DNA of 64,000 bases from an uncultured Gemmataceae bacterium. Lineage in GTDB: Bacteria > Planctomycetota > Planctomycetia > Gemmatales > Gemmataceae. Under the pieces are notes generated by a model. That model was not told the origin of the DNA, ran no database searches, and saw only the letters and a program-made list of their open reading frames with translations. Numbering within the stretch: the first letter of the stretch is position 1; every line of letters starts with the position of its first letter. The translations under genes were made by a program, and so were the position numbers. The stretch spans positions 320,001-384,000 of the forward strand of contig CAVVPN010000004.1 in NCBI GenBank assembly GCA_963750165.1, written 5' to 3'. This document shows, in pieces, positions 18,984-29,636 of the stretch.

Positions 18984-20089
18984 GACTCGACCCCCGGTTG
19001 TGGATCGGCGGAGCGTCGCCGGCGCAGGCGACGGGCCAGCGGCGGCAGGACCAGCGCGGCCGCCACGGCGTAAACCGTCAGGTCGCGCGGCGCCGGCGCG
19101 GCGACGTACTCGAAGTTCGTCGGCCGCTTGACGGTGCTCTGGTCGGCGTCGCGGGAAAAATACACATCCGCCGGCGCCGCCTCGTAAGGCCAGTTGTCCT
19201 CGAATTCCGTCAGCCACCATTCCGCCGGCCCCGTGTTTTCCGGCAGTTTCAGCAGTTCCAGGATTTTCTGGCGGTCCGCCGCCTTGAGCCGGTTCGCCCA
19301 GGCGACCTTTTTTTTGCTCCAAAGCTCGCCCTTCACCTCGCCCTTGTAGCGGGCCTCGGCGATGAAGTAGATCCGCAGAAGCCGTTGTGTCGCGCCCAGC
19401 TCCGCGGCGGATTTTTTGGGGTCTGGCTCGCGGTATGGGAACAGCGGCCGCTCCGTGTGGAAGCTGATGCGCAGTGCCCCGGCGGCGACAGTCTTCTGAT
19501 CCTTCTCGTCCTTGCCCTTCGCCACCTTGAGGGCGGTGAATTTCCAACCCTGGTCCACGTAGGGCTTGGCCCAGGCCGCAACCTCCGGCGAATAGGCGTA
19601 GCCATTCTGCTTCAGCCAGGTGACGAGCACGTCAGCGGTGTCTGCCTCCAGCACGACCGCGTTGAAGCCGGCCACCAGCTTTTCCTGGAGCACGCGCACC
19701 TCTGGCGGCGCGGCCAGGCGCTCCGACGATGGCATGGTCGCGCCACAGCCGCAGCTGAAATTGGGGAGCCAAACCCGGCGCTCCACCTCCGGCGCGGTCA
19801 ACTTCGCCAGGTACGGGAAGGCGTCGTTACCGGACTCGTCCAGCGTCGGCTGCGACGGCGACGGCACAATGAAGCCGAAGTCGTCGGCCGCGCTCTTGAA
19901 GGACGCCTGGCGGATGAAGTGCTGCGTTTTCGTGGCCGCGTCCCAGATCAGGATGACGGTCTGGTCGGCGTTGACCACTGGCTGGTTGAACCGCGGCGCC
20001 GGGCAGCACGCCGGCGCCGGCAGCGACCCGAACGCCACCAGCAGGAACGCCCCTGCCGGGATCAGGACGAAAAGCGATCGCACCGTCAT
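18980..20089 (-). CDS. DUF2330-like exported protein with C-terminal anchor
   Basis: ACC after the signal peptide; FGFIVPSPSQP, WLKQNGY, ISFHTERPLFPYREP. Confidence 0.75.
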   Translation of the reverse strand: MTVRSLFVLIPAGAFLLVAFGSLPAPACCPAPRFNQPVVNADQTVILIWDAATKTQHFIRQASFKSAADDFGFIVPSPSQPTLDESGNDAFPYLAKLTAPEVERRVWLPNFSCGCGATMPSSERLAAPPEVRVLQEKLVAGFNAVVLEADTADVLVTWLKQNGYAYSPEVAAWAKPYVDQGWKFTALKVAKGKDEKDQKTVAAGALRISFHTERPLFPYREPDPKKSAAELGATQRLLRIYFIAEARYKGEVKGELWSKKKVAWANRLKAADRQKILELLKLPENTGPAEWWLTEFEDNWPYEAAPADVYFSRDADQSTVKRPTNFEYVAAPAPRDLTVYAVAAALVLPPLARRLRRRRSADPQPGVES

Positions 20090-20226
20090 GGACGAATCTC
20101 CTTGCACGAGTTTACGGGCTCAACGCAGGTCCGCCATTGTACGCGCGGCGGTCGCTCGCTGACGAGGGCAAGTTGTGCGTCGCGCCCGGCTTCCCCTACC
20201 ATGAACGGAGGAAAGGAGCAAGCCGC

Positions 20227-20874
20227 ATGCGTTATTCCGTGGTCGTGTGGGACTTCGACGGCACCCTCGCCGACACGCTGGCGCTGGCGGTGGCCACGTT
20301 CAACGGCCTGGCGGCGCGGCACGGCTTTCTGCCCATCGACGATCCCGCCGCCACCCGTGGCCTCGGTATGCGTGCCTTCCTGCGCCGGCACCGCGTGCCG
20401 CTGCTACGGGTGCCGCTGCTGATGCGCACCTACCTGAGCCAGGTCCGCGAGCAGATGGCCGCCGTGCGGCTGTTCGATGGCGTGCCGGAACTGCTCCGCG
20501 GTCTGCGGGCGGACGGCCTGCGGCTGGGCGTGCTGTCGTCGAACACGGCGGAGAACATCGGCGTCTGCCTGCGCGCGAACGGGGCCGATGACCTGTTCGA
20601 TTTCGTGGTCGGTTACCCACGGCTGTTCGGTAAGGCGCGGGCGCTGCGGCGACTGCTGCGCCGCGAGGCCGTCGAGCCGCGGCGCTTTCTGTACGTCGGC
20701 GACGAGGTGCGCGACGTGGAGGCGGCACACAAGGCTGGTGTGGACGCCGCCGCCGTCACCTGGGGTTTCAATGCGCCGGAACTGCTCGCCGCACTGCGAC
20801 CCACCTTCCTTTGGTCGCGGCCGGAACAGGCGCTCGCCGACCTGCGGGCCGACGATTCCCACCCGGCGTCTTGA
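20227..20874 (+). CDS. HAD-superfamily hydrolase (phosphoglycolate-phosphatase-like)
   Basis: [22 protein letters not shown]. Confidence 0.9.
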   Translation: MRYSVVVWDFDGTLADTLALAVATFNGLAARHGFLPIDDPAATRGLGMRAFLRRHRVPLLRVPLLMRTYLSQVREQMAAVRLFDGVPELLRGLRADGLRLGVLSSNTAENIGVCLRANGADDLFDFVVGYPRLFGKARALRRLLRREAVEPRRFLYVGDEVRDVEAAHKAGVDAAAVTWGFNAPELLAALRPTFLWSRPEQALADLRADDSHPAS

Positions 20875-20999
20875 CCCCGCTTGGCCCCTCGCTGGCGCTC
20901 GGGCTCGGCTCCACGCGGCAAATTCGTCTAGCCTTCAAGGTCGCCTTTGGGCTATCTTCGCGAGGCACGGACGGACCCTTGCCGAGAGGAGGCATTCTC

Positions 21000-22450
21000 A
21001 TGCCGACCCTGCTGGTCATCGACGACGAGCCCAACCTGCTCTACTCGCTGGAAAAGAGCCTGCGCTCCGAGACCCTCGAGGTGCTGACGGCGGCCACCGG
21101 CAAGCAGGGCCTCGACCTGGCGCGGCGGCACCGGCCCAACGCGGTCCTGCTCGATGTCCATCTGCCCGACCTGTCCGGCCTTGACGTGTTTGACCAGCTT
21201 CGCCAGATCGACCCACGACTGCCAGTCATCGTCGTCACCGCCTTCACCACCACCGAGACCGCCATTGAGGCCACCAAGCGCGGCGCCTTTGAATATCTGC
21301 TCAAGCCGGTCGATTTTCACCAGCTTCGCGCCGCCGTCAGCCGTGCCGTCGAGGTCAACCGTCTGGCGAGCGTGCCGGCCGTGTTCGACGATGCCGAGCC
21401 GCCCGCCGGCGACGTGGACCACATCGTCGGCAACTGCGCCGCCATGCAGGAGGTCTACAAGCTCATCGGCCGGCTGGCGCCGCAGGACGTGACCGTGCTG
21501 GTGCTCGGCGAGAGCGGCACCGGCAAGGAACTCGTCGCCCGGGCATGTACCAGCACAGCCGCCGTGCCCGTGGCCCGTTCGTGGCGATCAACTGCGCCGC
21601 CATCCCCGAGACGCTGCTGGAGAGCGAGCTGTTCGGCCACGAGCGCGGCGCCTTCACGGGCGCCGACCGCCAGCGCATCGGCAAGTTCGAGCAGGCCCAC
21701 CAGGGCACGATCTTCCTGGACGAGATCGGCGACATGTCGCCGGCCGCACAGGCGCGGATGCTGCGACTGCTGCAACAACGGCAGTTCCAGCGCGTCGGCG
21801 GCGATACGACCATTGAGGCGAACGTGCGCGTCATCGCCGCCACCAACCAGAACCTGGACGAGGCCGTGGCCGGTTGCCGCTTCCGCCAGGATTTGCTGTA
21901 CCGCCTCAACGGCTTCACCGTGCGACTGCCGCCGCTGCGCGAACGGCGCGGCGACATCCCGTGCCTGGTGGAGCACTTCATCCGTGTGTGCAACCGCGAG
22001 CTGGGCCGGCAGGTTCACGCCGCGTCGGCCGAGACGCTGGGGCTGCTGGAGGCACATGACTGGCCGGGCAACATCCGCGAGTTGCTGAGCACGATCCGCT
22101 ACGCCGTGGTGCAGGCGCCGGGCGAAATCCTGACGCCGGGGTGCCTGCCGGAGCAGTTCCGCGGCGGCCCGTCGCCGGCCCGCGCCGCGCAAGCCGCGCG
22201 CGAGGCGGCATTGAACCTGTCCGGCTTCGTGCTGGGGTTGATCCAGTCCGGGGCGCCCGACGTGTACCGCCGGGTGTGCCTGGAAGTCGATCGCGCCGTC
22301 ATGGACACGGTGCTGCGGCACACGCGCGGCAACCAACTCCAGGCGAGCGAACTGCTCGGCATCTCACGGACGACTCTGCGAGCCAAGCTGCGCGCCCTCG
22401 GCCTGGCGGTGGAGAAGCAGTTGCAGGCGGGTTCTGGTCAGGGTGGCTAG
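21000..22450 (+). CDS. Sigma54-dependent response regulator (REC-AAA+-Fis HTH); apparent 1-nt frameshift near 21545
   Basis: LLVIDDE receiver domain, [49 protein letters not shown]. Confidence 0.92.
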
Positions 22451-22610
22451 AATCTGGTCAAGCGCCCAGAACCGCAGGCCGGCGCCCGCCCCACGGCCCG
22501 CGCAGCCCGCGCGAAGGCCGCGGCCGCAGCGGCGGCGAAAAGCTCTGAATCGACAGCGATTTCGGGGCAAAAACAGACAATGTGTGGAGTTTGCTGGTCG
22601 CGGGGGACGG

Positions 22611-22626
22611 TGGTACGGCGTTTGCT
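22611..22626 (+). promoter_or_regulatory. Sigma54 (-24/-12) promoter upstream of a PEP-CTERM gene
   Basis: TGGTACGGCGTTTGCT: GG-N10-GC spacing, one mismatch to TGGCACG-N4-TTGCW. Confidence 0.7.
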
Positions 22627-22708
22627 GTAGAAGGGAACGCCTTTCGCTCCGCACCCCGCATGGAGGCGGAAGCATCGCGCCCGTTCAAGGACGGAGGGAT
22701 TCAGACCC

Positions 22709-23404
22709 ATGATACGTATGTCGGTCCTGTTCGCCAGCGCCCTTGCGTGTTGGTTTGTGTGCCCCGGTTCCCACGCCCGGGCCGAGGATGTGACCTGGTC
22801 GTACAGCTGGACCGGCACGTCGGAGGTGCTCAACAGCAACGGCGGCGGCGTGAAGTTGCTCCTCGGTTCCGGCACGTACAACAACAACCAGAACGGCGTG
22901 ACCGCGGCCCTGCTCCAGGCGTTCGGGCCGGCCGGGAACATCGTCAACGGCCAGTACACGCTGAGCGTCCACATCCAGGACAATGCCACCAAGGACTTCA
23001 CGGACCTGACGTTCCACGGCGTGTTGAACGGCCCAACGAACCTCGGGTTGCAGAACACGTTCAGCGCTCCGGTCGCCCAGACGGGCCTGGTCGGGGCCAA
23101 CAACTTCGGGGTGGTCATCGGCCTGTACATTGCGCCCGGGCCGACCGGCTCCGGCGTGCAGGGTGTGCTGGCCACGAACGTGGTGGTGACGCCCAGCGTC
23201 AACGGCGGCAGCGGCAACAATGGCGGCACCCAATCGTCTGGTTCCGGATCCGGTTCCGGTTCCGGTTCCGGCTCGGGCCCCGTTTCCCAGGTGCCGGAGC
23301 CATCCGCGCTGGCCCTCGGCACCGTCGGCGCCATCGGAGCGGGCCTCGTGCTTTTCTTCCGTCGCCGGCGCGGGAACCGAACCACGGTGGTCGTCGGCGT
23401 GTGA
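22709..23404 (+). CDS. PEP-CTERM sorting-domain protein
   Basis: Signal peptide ARA; GS-rich linker; VPEPSALALGTVGAIGAGLVLFFRRRR. Confidence 0.9.
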   Translation: MIRMSVLFASALACWFVCPGSHARAEDVTWSYSWTGTSEVLNSNGGGVKLLLGSGTYNNNQNGVTAALLQAFGPAGNIVNGQYTLSVHIQDNATKDFTDLTFHGVLNGPTNLGLQNTFSAPVAQTGLVGANNFGVVIGLYIAPGPTGSGVQGVLATNVVVTPSVNGGSGNNGGTQSSGSGSGSGSGSGSGPVSQVPEPSALALGTVGAIGAGLVLFFRRRRGNRTTVVVGV

Positions 23405-23433
23405 TAGCGAATCGGCCAGGAAGGTTCGTGGTT

Positions 23434-23496
23434 GGTCGGAGCCCGAGCGCCAGCGCGGAGCAGAGTTGGCCCCGCGCTGGCGCTCGGGCTCCGACC
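23434..23496. repeat. REP family B inverted pair
   Basis: GGTCGGAGCCCGAGCGCCAGCGCGG...CCGCGCTGGCGCTCGGGCTCCGACC; also at 51133, partial at ~20890. Confidence 0.85.
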
Positions 23497-23524
23497 CACG
23501 CGGCAAGCGGCGGCAAAAACCCCG

Positions 23525-24949
23525 TCAGAACTGAAAGTAAATGAACGCCCGCGTCATGGTCGGCCCAAAGGCAACCACGAGCACCACAGCAGCAACATAC
23601 GCCCCCGCTCGCAGCGGCGCCGGCAGCCGCAGGACGCCGCAGGGGATGCCGCGCAGGCCGCTGAACAGGTGGCCCAGCGCCACCAGCCCCACCAGCGGCG
23701 GCACCGACGCCGGCACCGCCCAGGTGCCTCCCACCGCGCTACCGCCCAGCCACGCCGCCTGCACCAGCCAGCAGCCCGCCCAGTTCTCCGACCGCACCAG
23801 AATCAAGCCCACCGCCACCAGCACGAACGTCGCCGCCACCGCCAGCGCCCGGTACGGTATCGATTCCCGCAACCGCTCCGCCCACGCCCTGCCGTCCAGC
23901 GCCTGGTTCAGTAGCCGGTGCAGCACCAGCAGCACGCCATTGTAAAAGCCCCACAACACATAGTTCCACGTGGCGCCGTGCCACAGGCCGCACAGCGTCA
24001 TGGTCAGCAGCAGGTTCAGCAGCAGCCGCACCGAACCGCGCCGGCTGCCGCCCAGCGAGATGTACACGTAGTCGCGCATCCATGTGGACAGTGAGATATG
24101 CCAGCGCTTCCAGAACTCGGTGATACTGCCCGCCAGGTACGGGAAGTCGAAGTTGCGCGGCAACTCAAAGCCGAACCACTTGGCGCAGCCGACGGCCAAA
24201 TCGCTGTAGCCGCTGAAGTCGCAGTAAATCTGGCCGGCATAGGCCAGCACCGCCCAGCGCAGCGTCGCCGCGTCGTACAGCCCCGGGTTGGCAAACACCA
24301 CATCGACGAACTGACCCAGCGCGTCGGCGATGAACACCTTCTTGAACAGGCCAAGGATGAACCAGTGCAGCCCCTCGACCACCTGGGCGGCGCTGGCGCG
24401 CGGCGGCCGCTCCATCTGCGGCAGGAATTCGATCGCGCGCACGATGGGCCCCGCCACCAGCTGCGGGAAGAACGCCACGAACAGGCAGAAGTCACGCAGG
24501 CAGCGCACCGCCGGGATTTTCTTGTGATACACATCCAGCGTGTAGCTGATGCCCTGGAAGGTGTGGAAGCTGATGCCCAGCGGCAAGATGATGTTGAAGG
24601 TGCGCGGCGGCACACTCAGGCCGAGCCAGTGCAGCAGGGCGGCGCTGTTGTCGTAAGCGAAGCAGGTGTACTTGAAGAACGCCAGGAAACCGAGGTTGCT
24701 GACGATGCTGACCCACAGCCAGGCGCGGCGGCGGCCCGGCGTCGCGGCGTCCTCGATCAGGCGGCCGGCCCAGTAATCGACCACGCTGGTGAACAGGATG
24801 ACGCCGATGAACCAGGGGCTCCACGACATGTAGAACACCCAGCTGGCCACGAGCAGAAAGCGGTACTTGTGCGTCCGCGACGGCAGCAGGTAGTAGCCCA
24901 GCAGCACGACCGGCAGGAACAGCAGAAACGCCTGACTGGTGAAGTTCAT
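23525..24949 (-). CDS. MBOAT family O-acyltransferase (AlgI/DltB-like)
   Basis: LPLGISFHTFQ, FFPQLVAGPI, IYCDFSGYSD, FWKRWHISLS, GLWHGA, FIYFQF. Confidence 0.95.
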   Translation of the reverse strand: MNFTSQAFLLFLPVVLLGYYLLPSRTHKYRFLLVASWVFYMSWSPWFIGVILFTSVVDYWAGRLIEDAATPGRRRAWLWVSIVSNLGFLAFFKYTCFAYDNSAALLHWLGLSVPPRTFNIILPLGISFHTFQGISYTLDVYHKKIPAVRCLRDFCLFVAFFPQLVAGPIVRAIEFLPQMERPPRASAAQVVEGLHWFILGLFKKVFIADALGQFVDVVFANPGLYDAATLRWAVLAYAGQIYCDFSGYSDLAVGCAKWFGFELPRNFDFPYLAGSITEFWKRWHISLSTWMRDYVYISLGGSRRGSVRLLLNLLLTMTLCGLWHGATWNYVLWGFYNGVLLVLHRLLNQALDGRAWAERLRESIPYRALAVAATFVLVAVGLILVRSENWAGCWLVQAAWLGGSAVGGTWAVPASVPPLVGLVALGHLFSGLRGIPCGVLRLPAPLRAGAYVAAVVLVVAFGPTMTRAFIYFQF

Positions 24950-26028
24950 GACCTGCCCCCCAGCACGGCCAGCTGTTGCCGCAGCCACGTCGTCAACCGG
25001 GCGGTGCCGTGGGCGTTGAGATGGACCAGGTCGGCGAAGTCTGCATCCGTGGCGTCGAGGACCGCCCGGCTGGCGCGGAGCACACGCAGGCGGCGCGTCC
25101 GCTCCAGCTCCGCCAGGGCGGCCCGGTAGGCGGCGAACTCGCGCGGGTGTAGCGACTCCTCCAGATCCCTGCTGACCGGCATATCCACCAGCACCAGTTC
25201 CACGCCGTGACGGACGCACCAGTCCTGCAATTCCAGCAGGTAGCGCACGTGGCCGCCGCCGACATGGAAGTGGTCCAGGTAGTTGAACGGCGGCAACTTC
25301 TCCCCGGGCGCCTTGAAGTCGGTCAGGCGGCTCCGCTGGAAGCGCGGCTGCGGGGCGAAACCGTTGGGGTGGTCCATGGCGCTGGCGTAGCGCAGGTTCT
25401 CGCGGGCCTCGGCGGCCTCCTTCGGATAGGTGCCCGGCAGCGCGGCGTCCAGGCGGGAGCAGGCCCACAGGCGGATGCCGTGGCGGAAGTGGTACAGGCT
25501 CCACAACCGCTCCAACCGGGGCTTCAGCCAGTGGCGCAGGCACCATTCCAGCGACTCGGGCCGGTGGCGGGCGAAGTCCGGCATGTCGGAGGCGGTCAGG
25601 AGCGAGTGCGGGCCGTGCGGTTCACTGCGGCCGTCGTTCACGTCGCTGGCGGTGATGCCGTAGACGAGCACGCGCGGCGGCGCGGCAGCCCCGTGCTTGA
25701 CCGCGTGCCAGACTTCTGTGGTCGTGGCGCCGGGCAGGCCGAGGTTGAACGGGTGACGCAACGGGGTGCCGCGCCAGCGCAGGCCGGTCAGCGCCGTGGT
25801 GTCGATGCCCTCGCTGACGGGGGAGCCGCCGATGACCAGCAGGTCCGGCCGCTGGCGCCGGCACTGGCGGACGCGGGCGCGATAGTCATCCGGGGAGTAG
25901 GCGTTCCAGACATCGCGGTGGGCGGCCACGACCACATCGACCGCCACCAGGCCCGCCAGGAAAAACACGAGCACGCGGTAGCGCCGCCACCGCTTCCACC
26001 AACCCGGCCTGTCCTGGACTGCGTCCAT
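24946..26028 (-). CDS. SGNH-like membrane-anchored partner of the MBOAT protein
   Basis: N-terminal TM, IGGS motif, FNLGLPG, FADLVHLN (DxxH); overlaps the MBOAT start. Confidence 0.7.
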   Translation of the reverse strand: MDAVQDRPGWWKRWRRYRVLVFFLAGLVAVDVVVAAHRDVWNAYSPDDYRARVRQCRRQRPDLLVIGGSPVSEGIDTTALTGLRWRGTPLRHPFNLGLPGATTTEVWHAVKHGAAAPPRVLVYGITASDVNDGRSEPHGPHSLLTASDMPDFARHRPESLEWCLRHWLKPRLERLWSLYHFRHGIRLWACSRLDAALPGTYPKEAAEARENLRYASAMDHPNGFAPQPRFQRSRLTDFKAPGEKLPPFNYLDHFHVGGGHVRYLLELQDWCVRHGVELVLVDMPVSRDLEESLHPREFAAYRAALAELERTRRLRVLRASRAVLDATDADFADLVHLNAHGTARLTTWLRQQLAVLGGRS

Positions 26029-26407
26029 GCAATCCCCTCCGTCAAACTACCTGCGTCGGCTCATTCCTTCATTGATTCGGAAAGCGCGGCGCGGCGGTTG
26101 AAGGCCAGACGCTGGCACAAGCTGATCCGGGTTCCGAGTTTGCCGGTTGTGCGGCGTTTGCTGAATGCACCGGCGTCGGCGCTTCGTATGAAACCTTGCT
26201 GCGTACGCTGAGCGCGCAAGATTCGCCCTGCGTTGGCAACGTCGGGCGCCGGTCGGCGCGGCTGAACCCGGGAGAGCACTCCCTGGCGCCAGGCGTTCTT
26301 CATAGCCGAGCCGGGCCGCGATTCCAGCGACCCGGTGCCCTTGCCGCGGCAATCCCCTACAACAACCGCATGGGATTGGACCCTAACTTTCGCCGAAGGA
26401 GCAAGCC

Positions 26408-26977
26408 ATGAAACGATTCGCACTGGCGGCACTGCTGGTCGGTTTGTTGACCGCCTCGTCGAGCCAGGCGCAGGAGAAAAACCCCGTGGTGATCATGGAA
26501 ACCAACATGGGGACCATCAAGATCGAGCTGTTCAAGGACAAGGCGCCCATCACGGTCAAGAACTTTCTGGACTACGTGGACAACAAGTTTTACGACGGCA
26601 CCATCTTCCACCGCGTCATCCCGAACTTCATGATTCAGGGCGGCGGCATGGAACCCGGCCTCAAGGAGAAGCAAACGAAAGCAGCCATCAAGAACGAATC
26701 GACCAACGGCCTGTCGAACCAGCGCGGCACCATCGCCATGGCACGCACCAACGTGCCGGACAGTGCCACGTCGCAGTTCTTCATCAACGTCAAGGACAAC
26801 ACCTTCCTCGACCGCGCCAACGCCGGCGACAAGGTCGGTTACTGCGTCTTCGGCAAGGTCATCAGCGGCATGGACGTGGTGGACAAGATCAAGGCCGTGC
26901 AGACCGCCAACCAGGGGGGTCACGGCGACGTGCCGGTGCAGAACGTGGTCATCCGCGCGGTGCGGCGGGCGAACTGA
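26408..26977 (+). CDS. Cyclophilin-type peptidyl-prolyl isomerase, Sec-exported
   Basis: [36 protein letters not shown]. Confidence 0.95.
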   Translation: MKRFALAALLVGLLTASSSQAQEKNPVVIMETNMGTIKIELFKDKAPITVKNFLDYVDNKFYDGTIFHRVIPNFMIQGGGMEPGLKEKQTKAAIKNESTNGLSNQRGTIAMARTNVPDSATSQFFINVKDNTFLDRANAGDKVGYCVFGKVISGMDVVDKIKAVQTANQGGHGDVPVQNVVIRAVRRAN

Positions 26978-27051
26978 CGCAGGTTGGCGGCGGGCGCGGG
27001 GTGGCTCGCGCCCGCCGCCGGGCATTTTGGCTGGAAACGGAAGGGGACATC

Positions 27052-27648
27052 ATGAAGCGCTGGTTGCCGGCGATGTTGTTGCTGGCGGGACTCGGGCTGT
27101 CGGGCTGCGGCGACGACGCCAGGAACAAGGACAAGAGCAAGTCGGAGCCCTCCGGCAAGAACCCGGTCGTGCTCGTCGAAACCTCGATGGGCAACATCAA
27201 AATCGAGTTGTTCGAGGACAAGGCGCCCATCACGGTCAAGAATTTCCTGGACTACGTGGACAGTAAGCATTACGACGGCACCATCTTCCACCGTGTCATC
27301 CCGAACTTCATGATCCAGGGCGGCGGCATGGAACCCGGCCTCAAGGAGAAGCAGACGAAAGCAGCCATCAAGAACGAGGCCGGCAACGGGCTGCTGAACC
27401 AGCGCGGCACCGTCGCCATGGCGCGCACCAACGTGCCGGACAGCGCCACCGCCCAGTTCTTCATCAACGTCAAGGACAACACCTTCCTCGACCGCGCCAA
27501 CGCCGGCGATGGCGTCGGCTACGCCGTCTTCGGTCGCGTCATTGAGGGCATGGACGTGGCCGACAAGATCGTGAACGTCCCGACCTTCAGCGGTGGTGTG
27601 CCGCAGCACGACGTGATCATCAAGTCTGTGCGGCGCGTGGATTCCTGA
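27052..27648 (+). CDS. Cyclophilin-type PPIase, lipoprotein paralogue
   Basis: Lipobox LSGC; same cyclophilin motifs. Confidence 0.95.
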   Translation: MKRWLPAMLLLAGLGLSGCGDDARNKDKSKSEPSGKNPVVLVETSMGNIKIELFEDKAPITVKNFLDYVDSKHYDGTIFHRVIPNFMIQGGGMEPGLKEKQTKAAIKNEAGNGLLNQRGTVAMARTNVPDSATAQFFINVKDNTFLDRANAGDGVGYAVFGRVIEGMDVADKIVNVPTFSGGVPQHDVIIKSVRRVDS

Positions 27649-27649
27649 T

Positions 27650-27707
27650 CGTGGGGCAGGCTTTCCAGCCTGCCGTGAGATTGGCAGGCTGGAAAGCCTG
27701 CCCCACG
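27650..27707. repeat. GTGG-type REP doublet (REPIN-like)
   Basis: GTGGGGCAGGCTTTCCAGCCTGCC...GGCAGGCTGGAAAGCCTGCCCCAC. Confidence 0.85.
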
Positions 27708-27718
27708 GGGGTATCGAC

Positions 27719-28765
27719 ATGAGCGGTGTGCAAGCGAGCCGCATCGGCGGTGCTGCGGCAGTGTTTCTGCTGGTCAGCCTGGCGGCGGCGCAGCCAGGAC
27801 CGCTGCCGCCGATCAACCCGGCGGCGGCGCGGCTGGAGCAGACCATCACCGAACTCGACGGCCCCGGCTGGGCCATCGCTGGCGGCAGCGGCAGCGGTAT
27901 GCTGGCCGCCGCGTGTGAGAACGACGCCGTGCATTTCTGGCACCGCGACGCCGTGCTCGGCTTCCGCGCCGGCAGCGGCCCGACCAACACGCTGCGCGGC
28001 CACGGCGGCCCGGTGACGCACCTGGCCTGGCACGGCGGTCGCGTTCTGGCGTCCGCCAGCGCCGACAAGGTGCTGCTCTGGTCGGCCGCCGACGGCAAGC
28101 TGCTGCACACGCTGCCGATGCCGCGGACGCTACGGGCGCTGGCCCTGTCGCCTGACGACAAGCTGCTGGCCACCGCCGGCGACGATCCGACCGTGACGCT
28201 GTGGGACACGACCACCGGCAAGCCGGCCGCGACGCTCAGGGATCACAAGGACTGGGTGCGAGCGCTGGTCTTCAGCGCCGACGGCAAGCAACTGGCCTCG
28301 GGCGGACACGACGGCCTGGTACGGTTGTGGGACGTGGCCGCCGGCAAAAAGGTGCGCGACCTGCCCGGCACGCAGACGCCGCCGCCGAAGACGCCGCCGG
28401 ACCCCGCCGTCATCACAACGCTGTGCTTCAGCCCCGACGGCAAGACGGTGGCGGTCGGCGCGCTGGAGGGACCGATCAAGCTCATCAACGCGGTGGACGG
28501 CAAGCTGCTGCGGCCGCTGGCGGGGCACGGCAGTGCGGTGACGGGGTTGGCGTTCCACCCGGGCGGAGGTGTGCTGGCGTCGGCGAGCAAGGATCGGACG
28601 GTGCGGTTGTGGAACCCCGCCAACGGCCAGGCGCTGAAGGTGCTGGACGGCCACACCGCGTGGGTGCAGGGCGTGGTGTTCCTGACGCGGGGGACGCGGC
28701 TGGCGTCGGTGGGGGCGGACCGCACCGTGCGCATCTGGGAGTTGATGGAGCCGACGAAGAAATAG
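27719..28765 (+). CDS. Secreted WD40-repeat protein
   Basis: Repeated GH...LAS...D..VRLWD units. Confidence 0.9.
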   Translation: MSGVQASRIGGAAAVFLLVSLAAAQPGPLPPINPAAARLEQTITELDGPGWAIAGGSGSGMLAAACENDAVHFWHRDAVLGFRAGSGPTNTLRGHGGPVTHLAWHGGRVLASASADKVLLWSAADGKLLHTLPMPRTLRALALSPDDKLLATAGDDPTVTLWDTTTGKPAATLRDHKDWVRALVFSADGKQLASGGHDGLVRLWDVAAGKKVRDLPGTQTPPPKTPPDPAVITTLCFSPDGKTVAVGALEGPIKLINAVDGKLLRPLAGHGSAVTGLAFHPGGGVLASASKDRTVRLWNPANGQALKVLDGHTAWVQGVVFLTRGTRLASVGADRTVRIWELMEPTKK

Positions 28766-28806
28766 CCCCGACCGCGGAGGGCTCGCGGCCGGGGCCGATG
28801 GGAACG

Positions 28807-29169
28807 TTATTTCACGTCGATGCTTTTGAGGACATCGCCACCCCCACTCGTCTGGGCGGCCAAGCCAGCCTTCATAAAGCGTTCCATGCTGGCCTTCAGT
28901 TTGTCCTCGTACTTCTTCGTCATCTGCTCCTTCTTCTCCTTCGGCCAGGCATCCATGACCTTGGCGTTTTCCTTGGCACGCTTCGCCAGCGCTTCGAGTT
29001 TGGGCTTGGCAGCCGTGGCGGTGTCCTTGTCCTTCACCTTCTCCAGTTCGGCAGTCATCTCGTCCATGATGGCGATCTGTTCCTTTGCGTAATCATCGTC
29101 GCTCTTGGCGCAGCCCACGACCACGCACGCAATCAGCAGGCCACATCCGACCCACGCGAACTTATTCAT
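28807..29169 (-). CDS. Small helical lipoprotein, hypothetical
   Basis: Lipobox VVGC; K/E-rich helices. Confidence 0.75.
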   Translation of the reverse strand: MNKFAWVGCGLLIACVVVGCAKSDDDYAKEQIAIMDEMTAELEKVKDKDTATAAKPKLEALAKRAKENAKVMDAWPKEKKEQMTKKYEDKLKASMERFMKAGLAAQTSGGGDVLKSIDVK

Positions 29170-29269
29170 TGCGGACTCCAGGTTTCCCAGAGATTGGGGT
29201 ACGGCCGACAGCCAACGTTGGCTGTGCCAAACTCATGAATAGGAAATCCGCGGGATTCGCACAGAGCTG

Positions 29270-29605
29270 TCACTCTGCCGGCTCGATGGTGGCGGACATC
29301 GAGCCCTGGCAGCGCGGGATGTCCTTGTCCGGCCCGAAGGCATGGATCTGGTCGCGCTTCAGCTCGGCCCGCTCCCGGCTCGTCGTGTCCACGATGACGC
29401 GGCCCCGGGTGTGGACCTCGTAGGCCATTAGAAAACCTTTCTCGCGCGGATGGCCGAACAGCTGCTGCAACATGCCGATCACGTAGTCGAAACTGTGGTC
29501 GTCGTCGTTGTGCAGGATGACGTGGTACGGCGGCTGCTTGCGCTTCTGCTCTTTTTCCTTGCGCCGCCGCGCGGTTTCCGGAACGGTGACGGTCGTTTCG
29601 ATCAT
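29270..29605 (-). CDS. clpS: ATP-dependent Clp protease adaptor ClpS
   Basis: PPYHVILHNDDDHSFDYVI, EVHTRGR, ERAELK. Confidence 0.9.
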   Translation of the reverse strand: MIETTVTVPETARRRKEKEQKRKQPPYHVILHNDDDHSFDYVIGMLQQLFGHPREKGFLMAYEVHTRGRVIVDTTSRERAELKRDQIHAFGPDKDIPRCQGSMSATIEPAE

Positions 29606-29636
29606 GGTGGTGCCTCAACTCGCTTACAAGGAAGTT

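Noticed and set aside
21535..21550. Programmed frameshift or split NtrC, and split Mo-subunit at 58755
   Set aside because: No slippery heptamer seen. The break falls inside a conserved domain and matches the window-wide indel error pattern.
23240..23275. GGTTCC hexamer tandem repeat as a contingency locus
   Set aside because: It is an in-frame Gly-Ser linker before the PEP-CTERM motif.
26408..27648. Diversity-generating retroelement TR/VR pair (cyclophilin or WD40 duplicates)
   Set aside because: Both copies are full coding genes, the differences are not adenine-specific, and no reverse transcriptase is present.
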